From contig NW_024704743.1 of assembly GCF_018977255.1 (NCBI RefSeq), forward strand, positions 97,900,001-97,964,000: a DNA stretch of 64,000 nucleotides, given 5' to 3'. The notes under the pieces were generated by a model, which saw only the letters and a list, made by a program, of their open reading frames with translations, did not search any database and was not told where the DNA came from. Positions 37,672-50,360 of this stretch are shown here, piece after piece. How positions within the stretch are numbered: the first letter of the stretch is position 1; the number at the start of each line of letters is the position of its first letter. The translations under genes and the position numbers were made by a program. Origin of the DNA: Callorhinchus milii. Its lineage: Eukaryota.

Positions 37672-37965
37672 ATTATAATAATAATTTGGTACAGCGCATT
37701 AACACGCCTTTGAGATGTCTTAAGGCGCTTCACAGAATATACTGTGAAGTGAATTGACTGTATATTTTGTGGACGAAACATGGCAGCCAATTGCACATAG
37801 CAGTGTCCCACAAACAGTTGTGGGTTGAGTGACCAAATTATTATTATTTTTTTGTGAAGACATCCCTGGAAAGGCAATCCGGCAATCGACTTACAACCTG
37901 GGTTCCTACTTGCTGGTAGATAAACAGAGGCATGTTGAATAAGGAAACTTGTCCAACGTTTAGCA
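37672..37965 (-). mobile_element. SINE family A long variant, head missing
   Basis: Contains the extra block (cctgggttcctacttgctggtagataaacagagg) shared with 5316-5664. Confidence 0.8.
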
Positions 37966-38019
37966 GGAGAAGATATGAGCTGCAGAGTTTTGAACCATGT
38001 GCATCTGGGTGGATTAATC

Positions 38020-38330
38020 CTTTAGTGCCCTCTGTCTTATCAGCATTCAATTGGAGAAAGTTAGCTCTCATCCAGAACCTGATGTCCAACAGGCAATCGG
38101 TGAGGACAGCAGCAGTGAGATAGAGTTGGATATCATCCACATATATGTGAATGCTTGTGGATGACATTGCTGATTGCTACATGTAGATATTAAAAAGAAG
38201 ACCAAGGATGAGCCCTGAGGAATGCCACACGTTATGGTGGAGGGACGGGAGGAGAAGCCGTTGGCAGATATGAAATGTATGCATTAGGTTAGGTAAGAAT
38301 GAAACCAGGTAAGGACAGAATCGTGAAGGT
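38020..38330 (-). mobile_element. L2 RT-domain fragment
   Basis: ORF track: HIYVDDIQLYL...[25 protein letters not shown]. Confidence 0.88.
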
Positions 38331-38349
38331 GGAGCTGAGAGGAAAAGTA

Positions 38350-38500
38350 GTGGAGAATGATAGACAGACAGAAGAAAAAGAGACACAGACAGACAGAAAA
38401 AGAGACAGAGGGACAGACAAAGAAAGGGAGACAGGGACAGAAAGGGAAAGAGAGACAGACAGATAGAGAGAGAGTGATATAGAGAAAAAAAGAAAAAACA
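38350..38500. repeat. (GACA)/(GA)-rich low-complexity tract
   Basis: Degenerate simple repeat; explains the Leu/Ser-rich ORFs at 38177-38686. Confidence 0.88.
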
Positions 38501-41098
38501 AATGGCTTCCTTCAGACCTGTAAAATGTTTAGATTCTAGGAGGAATATAAGGTTGATTGGTACATAAATTGCTCTGTTTGAAATAAAAGTTACAGTTTTG
38601 CAACAAACAGTACAAGTGGCTACTACAGATTCTGAAAAAAAAAATTCTAAAATTTTGATGCTTAATTGACACCAGCAAATCCACAATTTTCTCCTCTCTG
38701 ATGCTTATTGAAGATGGAGGTATTTAATCACGGATTAGAAGGGTAGAAGTTTATGCACTGCGCAAAGTGCATCTTGGGCAGATTGCACAGAAAGTCTTTT
38801 CTTAGGCAATTCACATATGCTGACCATGATTTTATTGATAGTGGGAATGTTGATATAACTTTCTAAAATACAACGCAGCATGAGAAGCAGGGAGGGTAAT
38901 CACTAGCACAATATAGACCAAATGGCGTTAGGAACATGTTATGAATAAGTTCTCAGGATTCAAAGAACATTTTCACAACGTTGCACAAGTAAATATTAAG
39001 GCTTTTTTGTACATTTCTTCAGTAAAAATATTAAAATAAATATCTAATCCACTGGGAGGGAAGGACTTTAAAACATCTTAAAGTGCTCTGCAGGCAGTTA
39101 TTGTCATAGGAGGGCTTTACACAGTGCTATAAAGTGTAGTGACTGTACATTTGTAGGCAAATGGGTATCATTTCCATCAGCATAAAATTTTACGGCACAG
39201 AAGGCAGATATTCAATGCCCATCATGTCTGTGCAATCTTTCTGAAGAGCTATTCCTTTAGTTCTTGCCCTTTCTTTGCATCCTTTTTCATTTTCTTTGTC
39301 AAATATCTGTCCAGTTCCTTCTAAACACTATTACAAATTAGATTACTGTGCTTTTCCAATGATAGTGAACTGTAAGAGTGATGGCTTGTGCATGAGGGAG
39401 GCCATGTGTTGGTAAGTCTCAGCTGTGCCTTGAAGTCAGTCACTGGATGGGTATTGTATTTTATTTTCTCTTAGGATTTCAAAGAAATGAATCAGTTTCA
39501 ATCTCTAAAGATGAACTGAACCTTTCTAGCTTACATTGCTGGCGTGCAGATGATCTGGCTGCACAATATATTTCAGCTGAGACTGGCCATTGGATTTTGT
39601 TGCAACAGTAAGTTTTCAATGTGAAATTCTATCAGGAACTCTAAAGTAAAGAAGCCCAGTTCAGCTCCTGAATCCAAAATGATAGCTCACGTTAATCACG
39701 TGACAAGTGATTAACTTGCACTGCTTTGAGGGAGGGGGAATTTAACAAGCAATGTATATTCTGCCCCAATAAGCTTGCAGTTGAGCTTTCTTTGATTTTC
39801 CAAGGAACCACATGGTGTATGTTCTGCACAGAGGAGTCAGTTGCTATAGTGATTATCCCACATACTGGAGCTGGCTCTGTCTCCAGGCAAATTGTCCATG
39901 GAGTGCCAGTGGCATTTGGACTTTTATTTTGATGGTCACCATAAAAAAACTAAGGTTCTCAATTCATCCACAGAGAAAAATTATTTGCAGGTGGCAGGTA
40001 TGTGTTATCAAATCAAAAAGGACAATGTAACGTCAGTTTACGAAATACTTGAATTTAAAGGCAATTAAAGGTATCCATTTTTACTCATGCTTCCTAAAAG
40101 TGGGATCTGAGTATTCCTGCAATTCTGACTATTCCTGAACAGTCCTGGATGAGTTCAACACTTATGATAATCACACACCTTTTTTGCTGGTTAATCACTG
40201 CATGGCTGTTTGTGGGACAATGCTGTGCATATATTGGTTGCCACGTTTGCTTACAAATATATGGTCATTATACGTTATATTAAAATTCTCTGAAGCGATT
40301 TGAGACATCTCGGATGATGTGAAAAAGCAGTATAACAAATGCAAGGATTATTATTGTTGTTGGATTGCTCTAGTGAGAAAAATCTGGTCAGTATACTAAC
40401 ATTTATGCCATCCATGAGTTAAACATGACTTTCTCTCTTGTGAATTGAAAGGCAGACTATGCCAACAGCCAAAGGTTACACTTCTTGTACTATTCCCTCT
40501 TTTCTTCAGACAAGTCAGCCGTGTGGCTCCCCAAAGCACTGTCCTAATTCAATCCTCGATTTCAGCTTTGATCGCTATTCTCAATTGCACTGCTGTGTTT
40601 AATGAAGAACTGTTTTAAATTTGCTCAGTTAATAAGCATCTTGCCTAAATACTAAGCTCCCCATTTTCAAATAAGAGCTTTTGCAAACAAGCTCGCTTAG
40701 CACAGCACTCCTGAAATTCCCTTGGGTTATTTCAAATCTGTGGAAACCAGATAAGAGTCCATTTAAAATGTTCAATTTGCGTTGATCTTCCATTAGTTGG
40801 AAAGGCTATTGCCAACCCCACTAATTCTAGTCACAGAGATTCCAATTTAGCCATAAAGAATAGCAAATATTTTGCAACTTTTAGATTATATCTGTTTTAT
40901 CTGTGAAATCTTTCAAACTATAGTATTATTATTATATCCGACTCATAATCATGATCCTTTTTTACCAAAGTTCTAACTGTACTGTACTCTGCAAAATTAA
41001 CTCAAATTGCAGATTCAGAGACAAGAATCCAAGTTAATTTAACCCTCTTTAAGTTATCAAAGTTTATTAACAAAATATCATATGCACTATCTTAAAGA

Positions 41099-41144
41099 GT
41101 TTAGTCATACACCCACATAAAGGGTTTAGTCATACACCCACATA
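41099..41144. repeat. 21-bp direct duplication
   Basis: gtttagtcatacacccacata twice, with a 4-nt spacer. Confidence 0.9.
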
Positions 41145-41196
41145 CACACGCACAAATATATGGATATTATTGAATTCATTTGCTATGCTGGGATTT

Positions 41197-41517
41197 GTGG
41201 AGTCCTGTAGCTCAGTGGTTAGAGCACTCGCTTTGCAAGCGAGAGACCTGAGTTCAATTCCAGGCAGGACGAAACCTTGGGCAAGTTTCCTTACTCCACA
41301 CGCCTAATAATAATCCCTCCAAAACCAAAAACAATAATAAATTGGTCATTTTCAATCTACGACTATTTGTGGGACATTGCTATGCGCAATTGGCTGCCGC
41401 GTTCGCCCACAAATGTACAATCAACTCACTTTACAGTGTGTTCTGTGAAGCGCTTTGGGACGTCCTCCCGACATGAAAAGCGCTATATCAAATGCAAAGA
41501 TTATTATTATTATTATT
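41197..41517 (+). mobile_element. Young SINE family A, full length
   Basis: Intact A and B boxes and (TAT)n tail. Confidence 0.95.
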
Positions 41518-42449
41518 GCTGATTTTATTGATGTTTGACTGTCTAATGTCTGTATAGCATTTTTTGGTCTGTTTTTTGGTTTCTCACACTCACACACAAA
41601 CACACAGATATCAAAGTGATTAAAAGCATCCAACCCATACCTTATTCCACACGTTTGCCATCTATACATGAAAATTTCCCTGTGTCTAGAATGAAATGTG
41701 CGCTCTTTTACTGAAAGGATGCAGCCTACTTTACTGCACTGTGGATTTATTTGGCTCAAGAACTGGACTACCGAGACCATCACAGAGGGTTGACTCAATT
41801 CCCAGCGTGTTACCATGGAGGCAGAACAGCTCTAAGAAGACCCTGCTTGCCTCCCACTAAAGGTGGGTATTTATGCAAGCCTCAAGAGCCTTCAGATCTA
41901 ACTGAACATATTAGAGACCTCTCACTTTTTAATGGACAAGATAGATTTTGCTCCATTTTAGGAAAGAAAGTGTTATAGATGTTTTGATTCCTGTACATTG
42001 TTTCTGAACAGTAAGTATTGCTGCAGTCTTCATTAGTGAAGATTTCTAATCTACTTAAAGCCTCAGTGAACGGCGTTTGAAGAATACACATGAATGAGAA
42101 CAAGCGGATGAAATACAAATCCGGTCTTTGGTTTTAAATGATTATAAATCAAAACTAATAGTTTTGAAGCTTAGTACTGCACTCTTATTTACCATGGCTA
42201 TATTTGCCCACCATCTATCCTGCAAAGAAAAAACTCCCACAAAAAGGATTAAGAAAATGGGTCATTGAGTTATGTTGAATGCATTTAAGTGACTCCCACA
42301 GCAGATTTGTTTTCAAACAATGAAAAAAGCAAGCAAAAAATCAGTTATTCTGATTATTGGATGAAGATCTAAAAATATACCAGTTGTCTTTCAAATGGAA
42401 AAAGGGGAAAAAATCTATAAACAAGCAATGAAAACTGAGATATGTTTCC

Positions 42450-42625
42450 GGCACCACCTCTTCGACCACACCTTTGGCCACACTCCTACCCTCTCAGCCT
42501 TCCACCCTCCCTGATCCCAAACCCCATGCTTGGATCCAAATCCCTGACTGTCTAGTGGCTTGGGATGTCCACCCAATGTGAAAGGCGATATACAAATATA
42601 ATTTTGTATTGCTGTTGTATTGTAT
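42450..42625 (+). mobile_element. L2 3' tail
   Basis: cctcttcgaccacacctttggcca...ggatccaaatccctgactgtc...gtgaaaggcgatatacaaat. Confidence 0.82.
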
Positions 42626-43764
42626 TTGTCACAAAGTACTGTCACATCACATGCCCCCTAGATGCAGGTGGAGAAGATCTTATTTATGTGTTGACTTCCC
42701 TCAGTATCTACTTGGAGATTAGGTGAACGATTGCTTAATGTAATTTATATGTGATTTAGGAGTGCATGTTGCTATTAAGAGTAACAGAGCTGAAATTTTT
42801 GCAAGAATTACTGGAATGAGAGGTAATTGTGGTTCTAAAATACACAAAATTTGTAACACCCAAATAGGCATTTTGCATTAACAAAATTGTCATGGTATAA
42901 TTTTACCCCATAGAAGCAGATTTCAAAGCTAAAACTGATCTGAACCTACTTTCTTTAATTAAACTATGACCAACCAATCAACCAATTTATTAAATAATGG
43001 CAGATTTATACACTTTGAGACATTGCAAAGACATGATAAGGCATTATATCAAATGCAAGTATTATTATTATCATCCCCCCAACGGTATGAAGGCATTTAC
43101 CATCTTATCATTTTATAAGCGCATTTAGCTATTCATTTCTCTAAAAACACATATGAAGAAATATAAAAGTTTGTTTTTCTTTCTAGTACTGTGTAGAGGA
43201 AGCGAATACAAAATGAATAAACTTCAAGTAACACTATGGATTGGAAAAATTATTTTTACCCAGCACATAATAGTGGAACAACTTCCTCAAACTCTATGTC
43301 AATTAATTTCTTTAAATAAAAGTCAGATTAGCATTTGTTTGAGAACTGGACTAAAGATGATTAAGACAGACAGACATGATCAAATCTCCGATCCTACTGG
43401 GGCCATCGATGAGTGACCCACAGAACATAATTGGTTACAGTTCTAAGTGCATTTGCAAAATCTGACTAATACTCTACACAATGTTGTGTTTTCTACATAT
43501 TGTGCATCCAAAACAGGAGCAAGAAATATTGAAGTGAAAATTGTGATGTGTGATGTGTTGATTGAAGGTTCTAATTAATACATCCACTGAAATTAGAAAC
43601 CTTGTGATTATTTATCAATTGCCCGCAATGTGCTGAAGGTGGACAGTCCTCCCACCCCTTTCCAACCTCCTTATTCTTGCCAAGAACCATGGCATCATTC
43701 ATTGGATTTCCAGTGGTCAGATTGAATCAATTGAACTCATCATTGAGAGGCTCTTCGGTCTTAA

Positions 43765-44120
43765 GAGATGATGTCTCAGTGGGGATCTTGTAGAGGTGTA
43801 CAACATCTTAAATATTGAAAATAATTAAACCCAGATTGAAAAATTATATCCAGAACAACACTTTAGAACACACCAAGGCAATAGGACATAGGTTTACAGA
43901 TACAAAGGGCAACTTCAGGACAGATGTCAGGAAGATTTTCTTTACCCAGAGGATAACTAACAACTGGAACAGGTTACCAGGACAGGTAGTTGAGATCAGG
44001 ACATTGGACTTATTTAAAAAGTAGCTTGATGCTGTGATGGAAGAATGGCAGGGTGTGTATATTGGAGGAATGAGATCAGGTTGGCTGAAGAGCCTTCTTC
44101 CAAACCAATCTTGTGATTCT
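43765..44120 (+). mobile_element. CR1 LINE 3' end
   Basis: ORF track: GHRFTDTKGNFRTDVRKIFFTQRITNNWNRLPGQVVE. Confidence 0.88.
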
Positions 44121-44209
44121 GTGACAGTAAAGGAGATAGTCATCCAAATTTGTGCACCTCAAAAGGCATTTGGTAGGGATTCAACAGGGAGCAGTCATGT
44201 AAATAGCAA

Positions 44210-44700
44210 ATAATAATCCTTACATTTGATACAGCGCCTTAAATGTTTATAAATGGAATCTTGTTGTTACACGTCAGGAGGAAGACTTAAAACACTTCAC
44301 TGTAAAGTGTGGGAACAATGTAATTTGTAAACAAAGACAGCAGTAAATTTGCACACAGTGTCCCACAAACAGCAATGAAGTGATCCTATAGGGAGGATTA
44401 TTGGTCAAGTCACTGGGAGACATTCCCTTCACTTTTGAGTAGTGTTAACGGATCTTTATCATTCACTTGAAAAAATAAACAGGACATCAATTTAATTTCT
44501 CATTTGAAGAATGGCACCATCCAATAATGCAGCTCCTTGAGACGTCCTCCCATCATGAATGGCATAACACAAATGTAAATCTGTTGTTACTGTATTGGAG
44601 TGTTAACCTAGACTGTGTGACATCAAAGTCTCAACAAAGGGCTTGAACCTACATTTTTCTCACTCACAGGCGAGAGTGTTACTGACTAAGCCAGGCTGAT
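44210..44700 (-). mobile_element. Old SINE family B with an L2 tail inserted at about 44535-44590
   Basis: Reverse-complement tail, Deu block and head (gcttgaacctac...actaagccaggctga). Confidence 0.8.
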
Positions 44701-45029
44701 ACCTAGGACTGGCACAGCAGCTTTCAGCTTACCTCCAGTCCCTGAGTGTATTATCTTTTCCATGCATTTTATACAGAACATTACTTCACTAAAACTGTCC
44801 AATTGGGAGGTTTATTTTAAGCGACAGACACAGACTCTGATGCAGCCTACTTTGTATTATTCTAGTACTATTTAAAAAGACCTTACTGTTATAAAAAAAA
44901 GCACAATGCTGACAATTTTTTTTACCCATGTTCTCGACTCTGCTGGATTGGCTTAAACGGTGCATAGAAGGATTGAGAGCGCTCTATTTTGGCTTGCTTT
45001 TATATATATTGTTACTGCTCAACTGTTAA

Positions 45030-45229
45030 TACAACAACAATTAATTGCTTTTATGTAGTGCCTTTCACATCAGGAGAATGTCCCAAGGAGTGAGGGGCTT
45101 GCACCTGAGTTGAGGGTTGGGATCAGAGAGGGGTAGAGGGCAAGGGGGAGATGACCGAAGGCACGCTAGAAAAAGGAAGGTCTTAAGACGGGCTTTGAAG
45201 AAGGCAAGGGAGGGGGCGATGTGGAGGGG
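45030..45229 (-). mobile_element. L2 3' end, 5'-truncated
   Basis: (CAA)n...gcctttcacatcaggagaatgtcccaagg followed by a G-rich tract. Confidence 0.82.
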
Positions 45230-45301
45230 CCAAATTAGAACGGAATTTACCTATATCCACAATCAGAATTGTGGATATAGATAAATTCCGTCTTAATTTG
45301 G
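45230..45301. repeat. 72-bp near-perfect inverted repeat (34-bp arms, 4-nt loop)
   Basis: ccaaattagaacggaatttacctatatccacaat-caga-attgtggatatagataaattccgtcttaatttgg; 31 of 34 positions are Watson-Crick. Confidence 0.95.
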
Positions 45302-45639
45302 AAATTTGTTTACCACAAATCTTCAAAAGAACAGGCTTGCAAATCAAGCTGAACTTGAGAATTTTCCATAATTCTGCACAATCTTAATTTTTATTGCAAC
45401 AGGCTAAGACTAGGTGGAATTTCAGGCCTTTAGTTCCCTTTAAGTAAAATGCTTCATGGTGGCACAGTTTTGTTGTTACAATGTAAAATGACAGAATTCA
45501 AATTCTAAAAGATGATTTGAAACGTGTGTCACATTCATCCCTCTTTGAAAGCATGACCTGCAAAGTACTGAAAGTGTGGAGAGTCTGAATAGGCAATCTG
45601 TTTTTTAGGATCCTTTTATATGGTACAGCTCTCAAACAG

Positions 45640-46390
45640 GCAATTTGGCCATCCAGTCCAGCTGGTGTTTATATTCCACATGAATGTCCAACCTAGATGT
45701 TATCCCTAGTTTATTCTGACCTTTTCCCCAAATCCCTCAATTTTATTCTCTCTCAACCACATACACAGTCTTTTGTTGAAAGTGCACATGGTTGCCACCC
45801 TAACAACTGACCATAGCATAACATTCCACACTCCCACCACTCTCTGTTCTGGAGATCACAGTTATAACTTTAAAATGATGCCTTCTCAATCTAGATCCTC
45901 TTAAGTTTTGGAAATAATCTTTCCCTGTGTAAGCCTCCCATCATCTTATACACCTTTATCATATCCCATCTCAGCCTTCTGAGCTCCAAAGAAAAAAGCC
46001 CCAGTTTATCAAGTCTCTCCATATAACTATTTCTTCATTCAAACAATATCTTGGTGAATCTCCTCTACACCACCCCCAGAATGTTACATCTCTTCTATAC
46101 TGAGCCCAAAACTGCACATAGTATTCCAATTGTGGCTTACCCAACATTTCGTAAAATTTCAATATGATCTTTTTATCCTTATACTCTATTCCCCTACATA
46201 TAATTCCAAAATCCTATTGGCTTTATTAATGGCCTTGTCCACCTGGATCACTGCTTTCAGTGAAACAGCACTCGTAGATCCCTCTGTTCTTCTACCAGTT
46301 TAAGATTTGTTCCCTTTAAGTTATAAGTTCTTCCTATGTTTTTCCTCCTGAAATAAACTATGTCACAATATTTTCGTGGCACTCCATCTG
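45640..46390 (-). mobile_element. CR1 LINE 3' region
   Basis: ORF track: KFYEMLGKPQLEYYVQFWAQYRRDV. Confidence 0.85.
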
Positions 46391-46834
46391 CTCACTAATT
46401 TATTGGGGCTGGTAAAAAACGGACATTGGAATGTCCAAGAACTTTTAATGGTCTTTTGGGGAGCATAGTCAGTATCAATTCATAGTGGCACATTTATACT
46501 GCAAATTACTGCAAGCGAGATAATAGTCAGGCCTCGGGCATGGAGTTCTGCAATAGCAGAATACAGAAAGAGAATGGTGTGTATACCTGTGTGTAGCAAG
46601 ACAACAGTGTGTGTACCAGAACACATAACCAAACAAATAAATAAATAAACCAGAAAAGACAACAGCTGTCAAATTTCCAAGTGAGATAGAATTCTCAAGC
46701 CAAACCACATTGGATAGGAGCATCCTGCGTACAGATACTGGGAAAGACAAGAAAGATGTTCTGATAATGATAACAATCTGTGACTGCAGAAATTACTGCA
46801 GTCAGTTCAAAAGTTTAAGAAACACTATCTAAGT

Positions 46835-47250
46835 GTCAACCTGGCTCATTTGGGATCAATTCTCCTCTGAATCAGAAGATTGTGGGTTCGAGTCCCATGT
46901 CAAGACTTGAAGTCACATAGTACAGTCTAACGCTTCAATGGAGTCCTGGGGTGGGGGGTTGCATTCCTGGAGGTATCTTCAGTAGAGATAGTGACCTGAG
47001 GTCCTGTCTCCCAGCTCAGATGGTTGTTAAAGGTAGCATGCCATTACTCAAAAAGAGAAGGGAATTTTTCCTGGTGTTCTGGCCAATGATCCCCAAAATT
47101 AATTTGATCATTCACTTTATGGCTGTTTGTGGGACATTGCTGTGTACGTGTGGGTGGCTGTGTTGCCCATAAAAATATAATCACTCATTTACTTTGAAAC
47201 ATCCTGTGAAAGCCACTGTACCAAATATAACAAATATTTTATTATTATTT
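46835..47250 (+). mobile_element. Old SINE family B, full length
   Basis: Head with ggttcgagtcc B box, Deu block and decayed tail. Confidence 0.85.
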
Positions 47251-48464
47251 TATTTAGATGGAACAAGTATTAAATTCAGTATTAAAATGTTGAATTAAGA
47301 GTCAGTGAAGTTTGTATCTGACATAACTCTATGAAATGGATAAATCACATAAAGAGGAATCTCCTTCTCCTTCCATTGAAACTTGAAAAGGAAAAAAATG
47401 GGGGTGTATGGGGAAAGAGCATGGGAGTGGGACTGTTTGGGTAACACTTGCAAGGAGCCAACACAGACACGATGGACCAAAATGGCTTCCTTCTGTGCTG
47501 TAATATTCTATGATGTAAAATTCTTCATTGAGACAGAAGGTGAGGGTAGAGATAGGAAATTACAACTTTAATATGGATTAATAGTGCAAAGGTACAAACA
47601 TCATCCAAAGTGAATATCTCCAAGACATGATTGTTAAATGCAATTATATATAGGAAGAACTCTTCCCAATAGAATGATCCCAGAAATATTTCTTCACTCG
47701 TATCTTTGGTGTGAGGAAAATCTGAGGCAGCAAACCAGAAATATTCTCCAGGAAAGCCATGTCCTGAGTTTGCTTTTACTATATAGACACCTTCCTGTAA
47801 TTGGAAAACGGTATTTAAATGACAAACCATATGTTCCTTGTTACCAAGTCTCCATCTCAGCATCACCACTGTTTGCTAACTGTTCTGTAAAGTTTCAGGC
47901 AGCCGTTTACTGTTGCTGTAGTTTACTGCATAGGTCAGACCAAAATGAAAGGCAATATCAATCTAGGCAGCTGCCATATTTAATGTGTTGCCTGCATTAT
48001 AAGCAGCCGTTCTTAACGTCATTCCAAAAATAGAGATCCAGCCAGTAAATTTCAGTGGTTGTAAGAGAGCCCCTTTTTACTTTTGAAATAACAAGCTTCT
48101 ATTTAATGTGTATTTTTTTAAAGGAAAATGGCTGGATTTGAATTCCAGTCAACGGAGTTTGCTATGATATACCACCTCTGTGAAAAAGAGCAGTTGGGAT
48201 GTAGCAATTCTAATCTTTTAAAAGTCAGTCCTTTCCGTGCATTGCGGTTTTCTCTGCATTTTTAGAACACGGGTTTGAACTACAGTCCATTTCAGCCTGA
48301 ATTATCTGATGGAAAATGAATTGTTAAGTCCAAATTTTGCGAACAAATTGTTTGAACTTCAAGTGCTTGTGGAAAGCTGCCATGATCGTACATCCAGCAG
48401 TTTGTACCCTGTGTTGTGACCACAGCAACCTCTACAGGAATCTGCCACTGAAAAGCACAGCATC

Positions 48465-49093
48465 ACAGCACAAGGGATACTAGGTTTTATAAAATAGAAT
48501 TCAAAAGTTAGGAGGTTATGTTGAATATTTATAAAATGCTGGTTAGACCTCAGTTGGAGTACTGCATTCAGTTCTGGGCACCGCACTTTAGGATAGATGT
48601 TAGGGCATTGGAGAGGGTGCAAAGGAGGTTTACCAGGATGGTACCAGGAATGAAGGACCTTAGTTATGAGGAGATGTTAGTGAAACTAGGATTATTCTCC
48701 CTAGAGCAGAGAAGACTAAGAGGGGATTTAATAGAGGTTTTCAAGATCATGAAAATATTTGATAGGTCGAACTGGGAAAAACTGTTTCCACTGGCATGTG
48801 GGTCAGTAACCTGAGGACACCGATTTAAGTTAATTGTTAAGATACAGAGAGGAAGTTAGGAAAACATTTTTCCCCAGCGAGTTGTTTGGATCTGGAATGC
48901 ATTACCTGAAAAGGTAATGGAAGCCGATTCAATAACAACTTTTCAGAGAGAAGTAGATGGGCATTTGGGGAAGACAAGATTGCAGGGCTATGGAGAGAAA
49001 GCGGATCAGTGGGATTTGAGTTGGATTGCTCTTTTCGGAGCTGGCACAGACACGATGGGCTGAATGGTCTCTTTCTGTGCTGTATGATTCTAT
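48465..49093 (+). mobile_element. CR1 LINE, 5'-truncated (ORF2 C-terminus and 3' UTR)
   Basis: ORF track: YKMLVRPQLEYCIQFWAPHFRIDVRALERVQRRFTRMVPGM...LGLFSLEQRRLRGDLIEVFKIM; ends gattctataattcta. Confidence 0.95.
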
Positions 49094-49590
49094 AATTCTA
49101 AGATCACTTTGAAAATTAATCATCCTGACCATAATAATAGGGGAATGGGTGGAATAGACAAACATGCAAAGAACAAGGTTTTCACAGAATTCTACCCCAG
49201 TAAAATTGTAAACTTGACATTTTTTGTGAGATTGAGTTCTTGTTTAGAGAAATAATACTTGTTTCTTAAAATCATCAACCATTATAATTAACTTCTTGTT
49301 TGCTTTGAGACTGGATGCCAGGTCCACTTGTTAATTTGACCATTTAACCAGTTTGTCCCCAAAAAACAGTGACTCCACCTTACAGTGTATCCTCTGAAGT
49401 GCTTTGGGACTTGCTCCTGATGTAAAAGGTGCTATATCAAATGCAAGGATTATTGTTATTATTTCTTATCAAGTTGATAAATACATAAAGATTTATTGAA
49501 TTTTGCACCAATATGTGTGTTTGCTTTTGTGGGTGGGATTCTGGCTGTGATTTTACCTACTCAAGATCCACTAGATTAGATTTATGAATC

Positions 49591-50360
49591 AACAACAGCA
49601 ACAACTTGGATTTATATAGTGCCCTCCATGCCGGATGGCGTCTCAGAGCGCTTCACAGTAACGGATCCCGGGGCCGAACTAGGGGGATGGGGAGGAAGGT
49701 GACCAAAGGCCCGGTCAAAGAGAAAGGTCTTCAGCAGGGACCTGAAAATAGGAAGAGAGGGAGCGAGGTGAAGGGAGGGAACTCCAGAGCCTCGGGGCAT
49801 AGTGGCTGAACGCGCAGCTGCCGAGGGTGGAGCGGAGGACTCGGGGGACGAGGAGGAGGCCAGACCCGGAGGAACAAAGGCAATGAGTACTGTTTTGAGG
49901 AGAGAGGAGGTCAGAGAGATAGGGGGGTGCAGAGGAGGAGAGGGATTTGAATATAAGGGTGAGGATCTTGAAGTCGATCTCTCTGGGACAGGGAGCCAGT
50001 GCAGTTTGGCAAGGACTGGGGTTATCAGGGAGTGGAGTTTGGTGCGGGTGAGAATGCGGGCGGCAGAGTTTTGAATGATCTGGATTTTATGGATGGTAGT
50101 GGATGGGAGACCGGCGAGGAGGGCGTTAGAATAGTCCAGCCGAGAGGTGACAGAGGCATGAACTACGGTTTCAGCGGCTTTCAGAGAGAGGTATTGGCGG
50201 AGACAGGCGATGCGTCGGAGGTGGAAGAAGGCAGTGCTGGTGAGGGACCGGATGTGGGGGAGGAAGGATAATTGGGGGTCGAACCTGATGACTAGGTTGC
50301 GTACGGGTTTGGAGAGTTTTAGAGGGAGGTTGGGTAGGTGGAGTAGGTGCGAGCATGAGA
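49591..50360 (-). mobile_element. L2 LINE (second subfamily), 5'-truncated
   Basis: Minus strand reads SRLDYSNALL...IQNSAARIL...ITPVLAKLHWL; tail gcgctctgagacgccatccggcatggagggcactatataaat then (TTG)n. Confidence 0.92.

Noticed and set aside
38177..38686. 169-aa hydrophobic ORF
   Set aside because: Derived from a (GA)/(GACA) low-complexity tract plus an L2 fragment.
47525..48033. Overlapping 114-aa and 131-aa ORFs in unique sequence
   Set aside because: No recognisable domain or convincing splice structure; lengths are compatible with chance.
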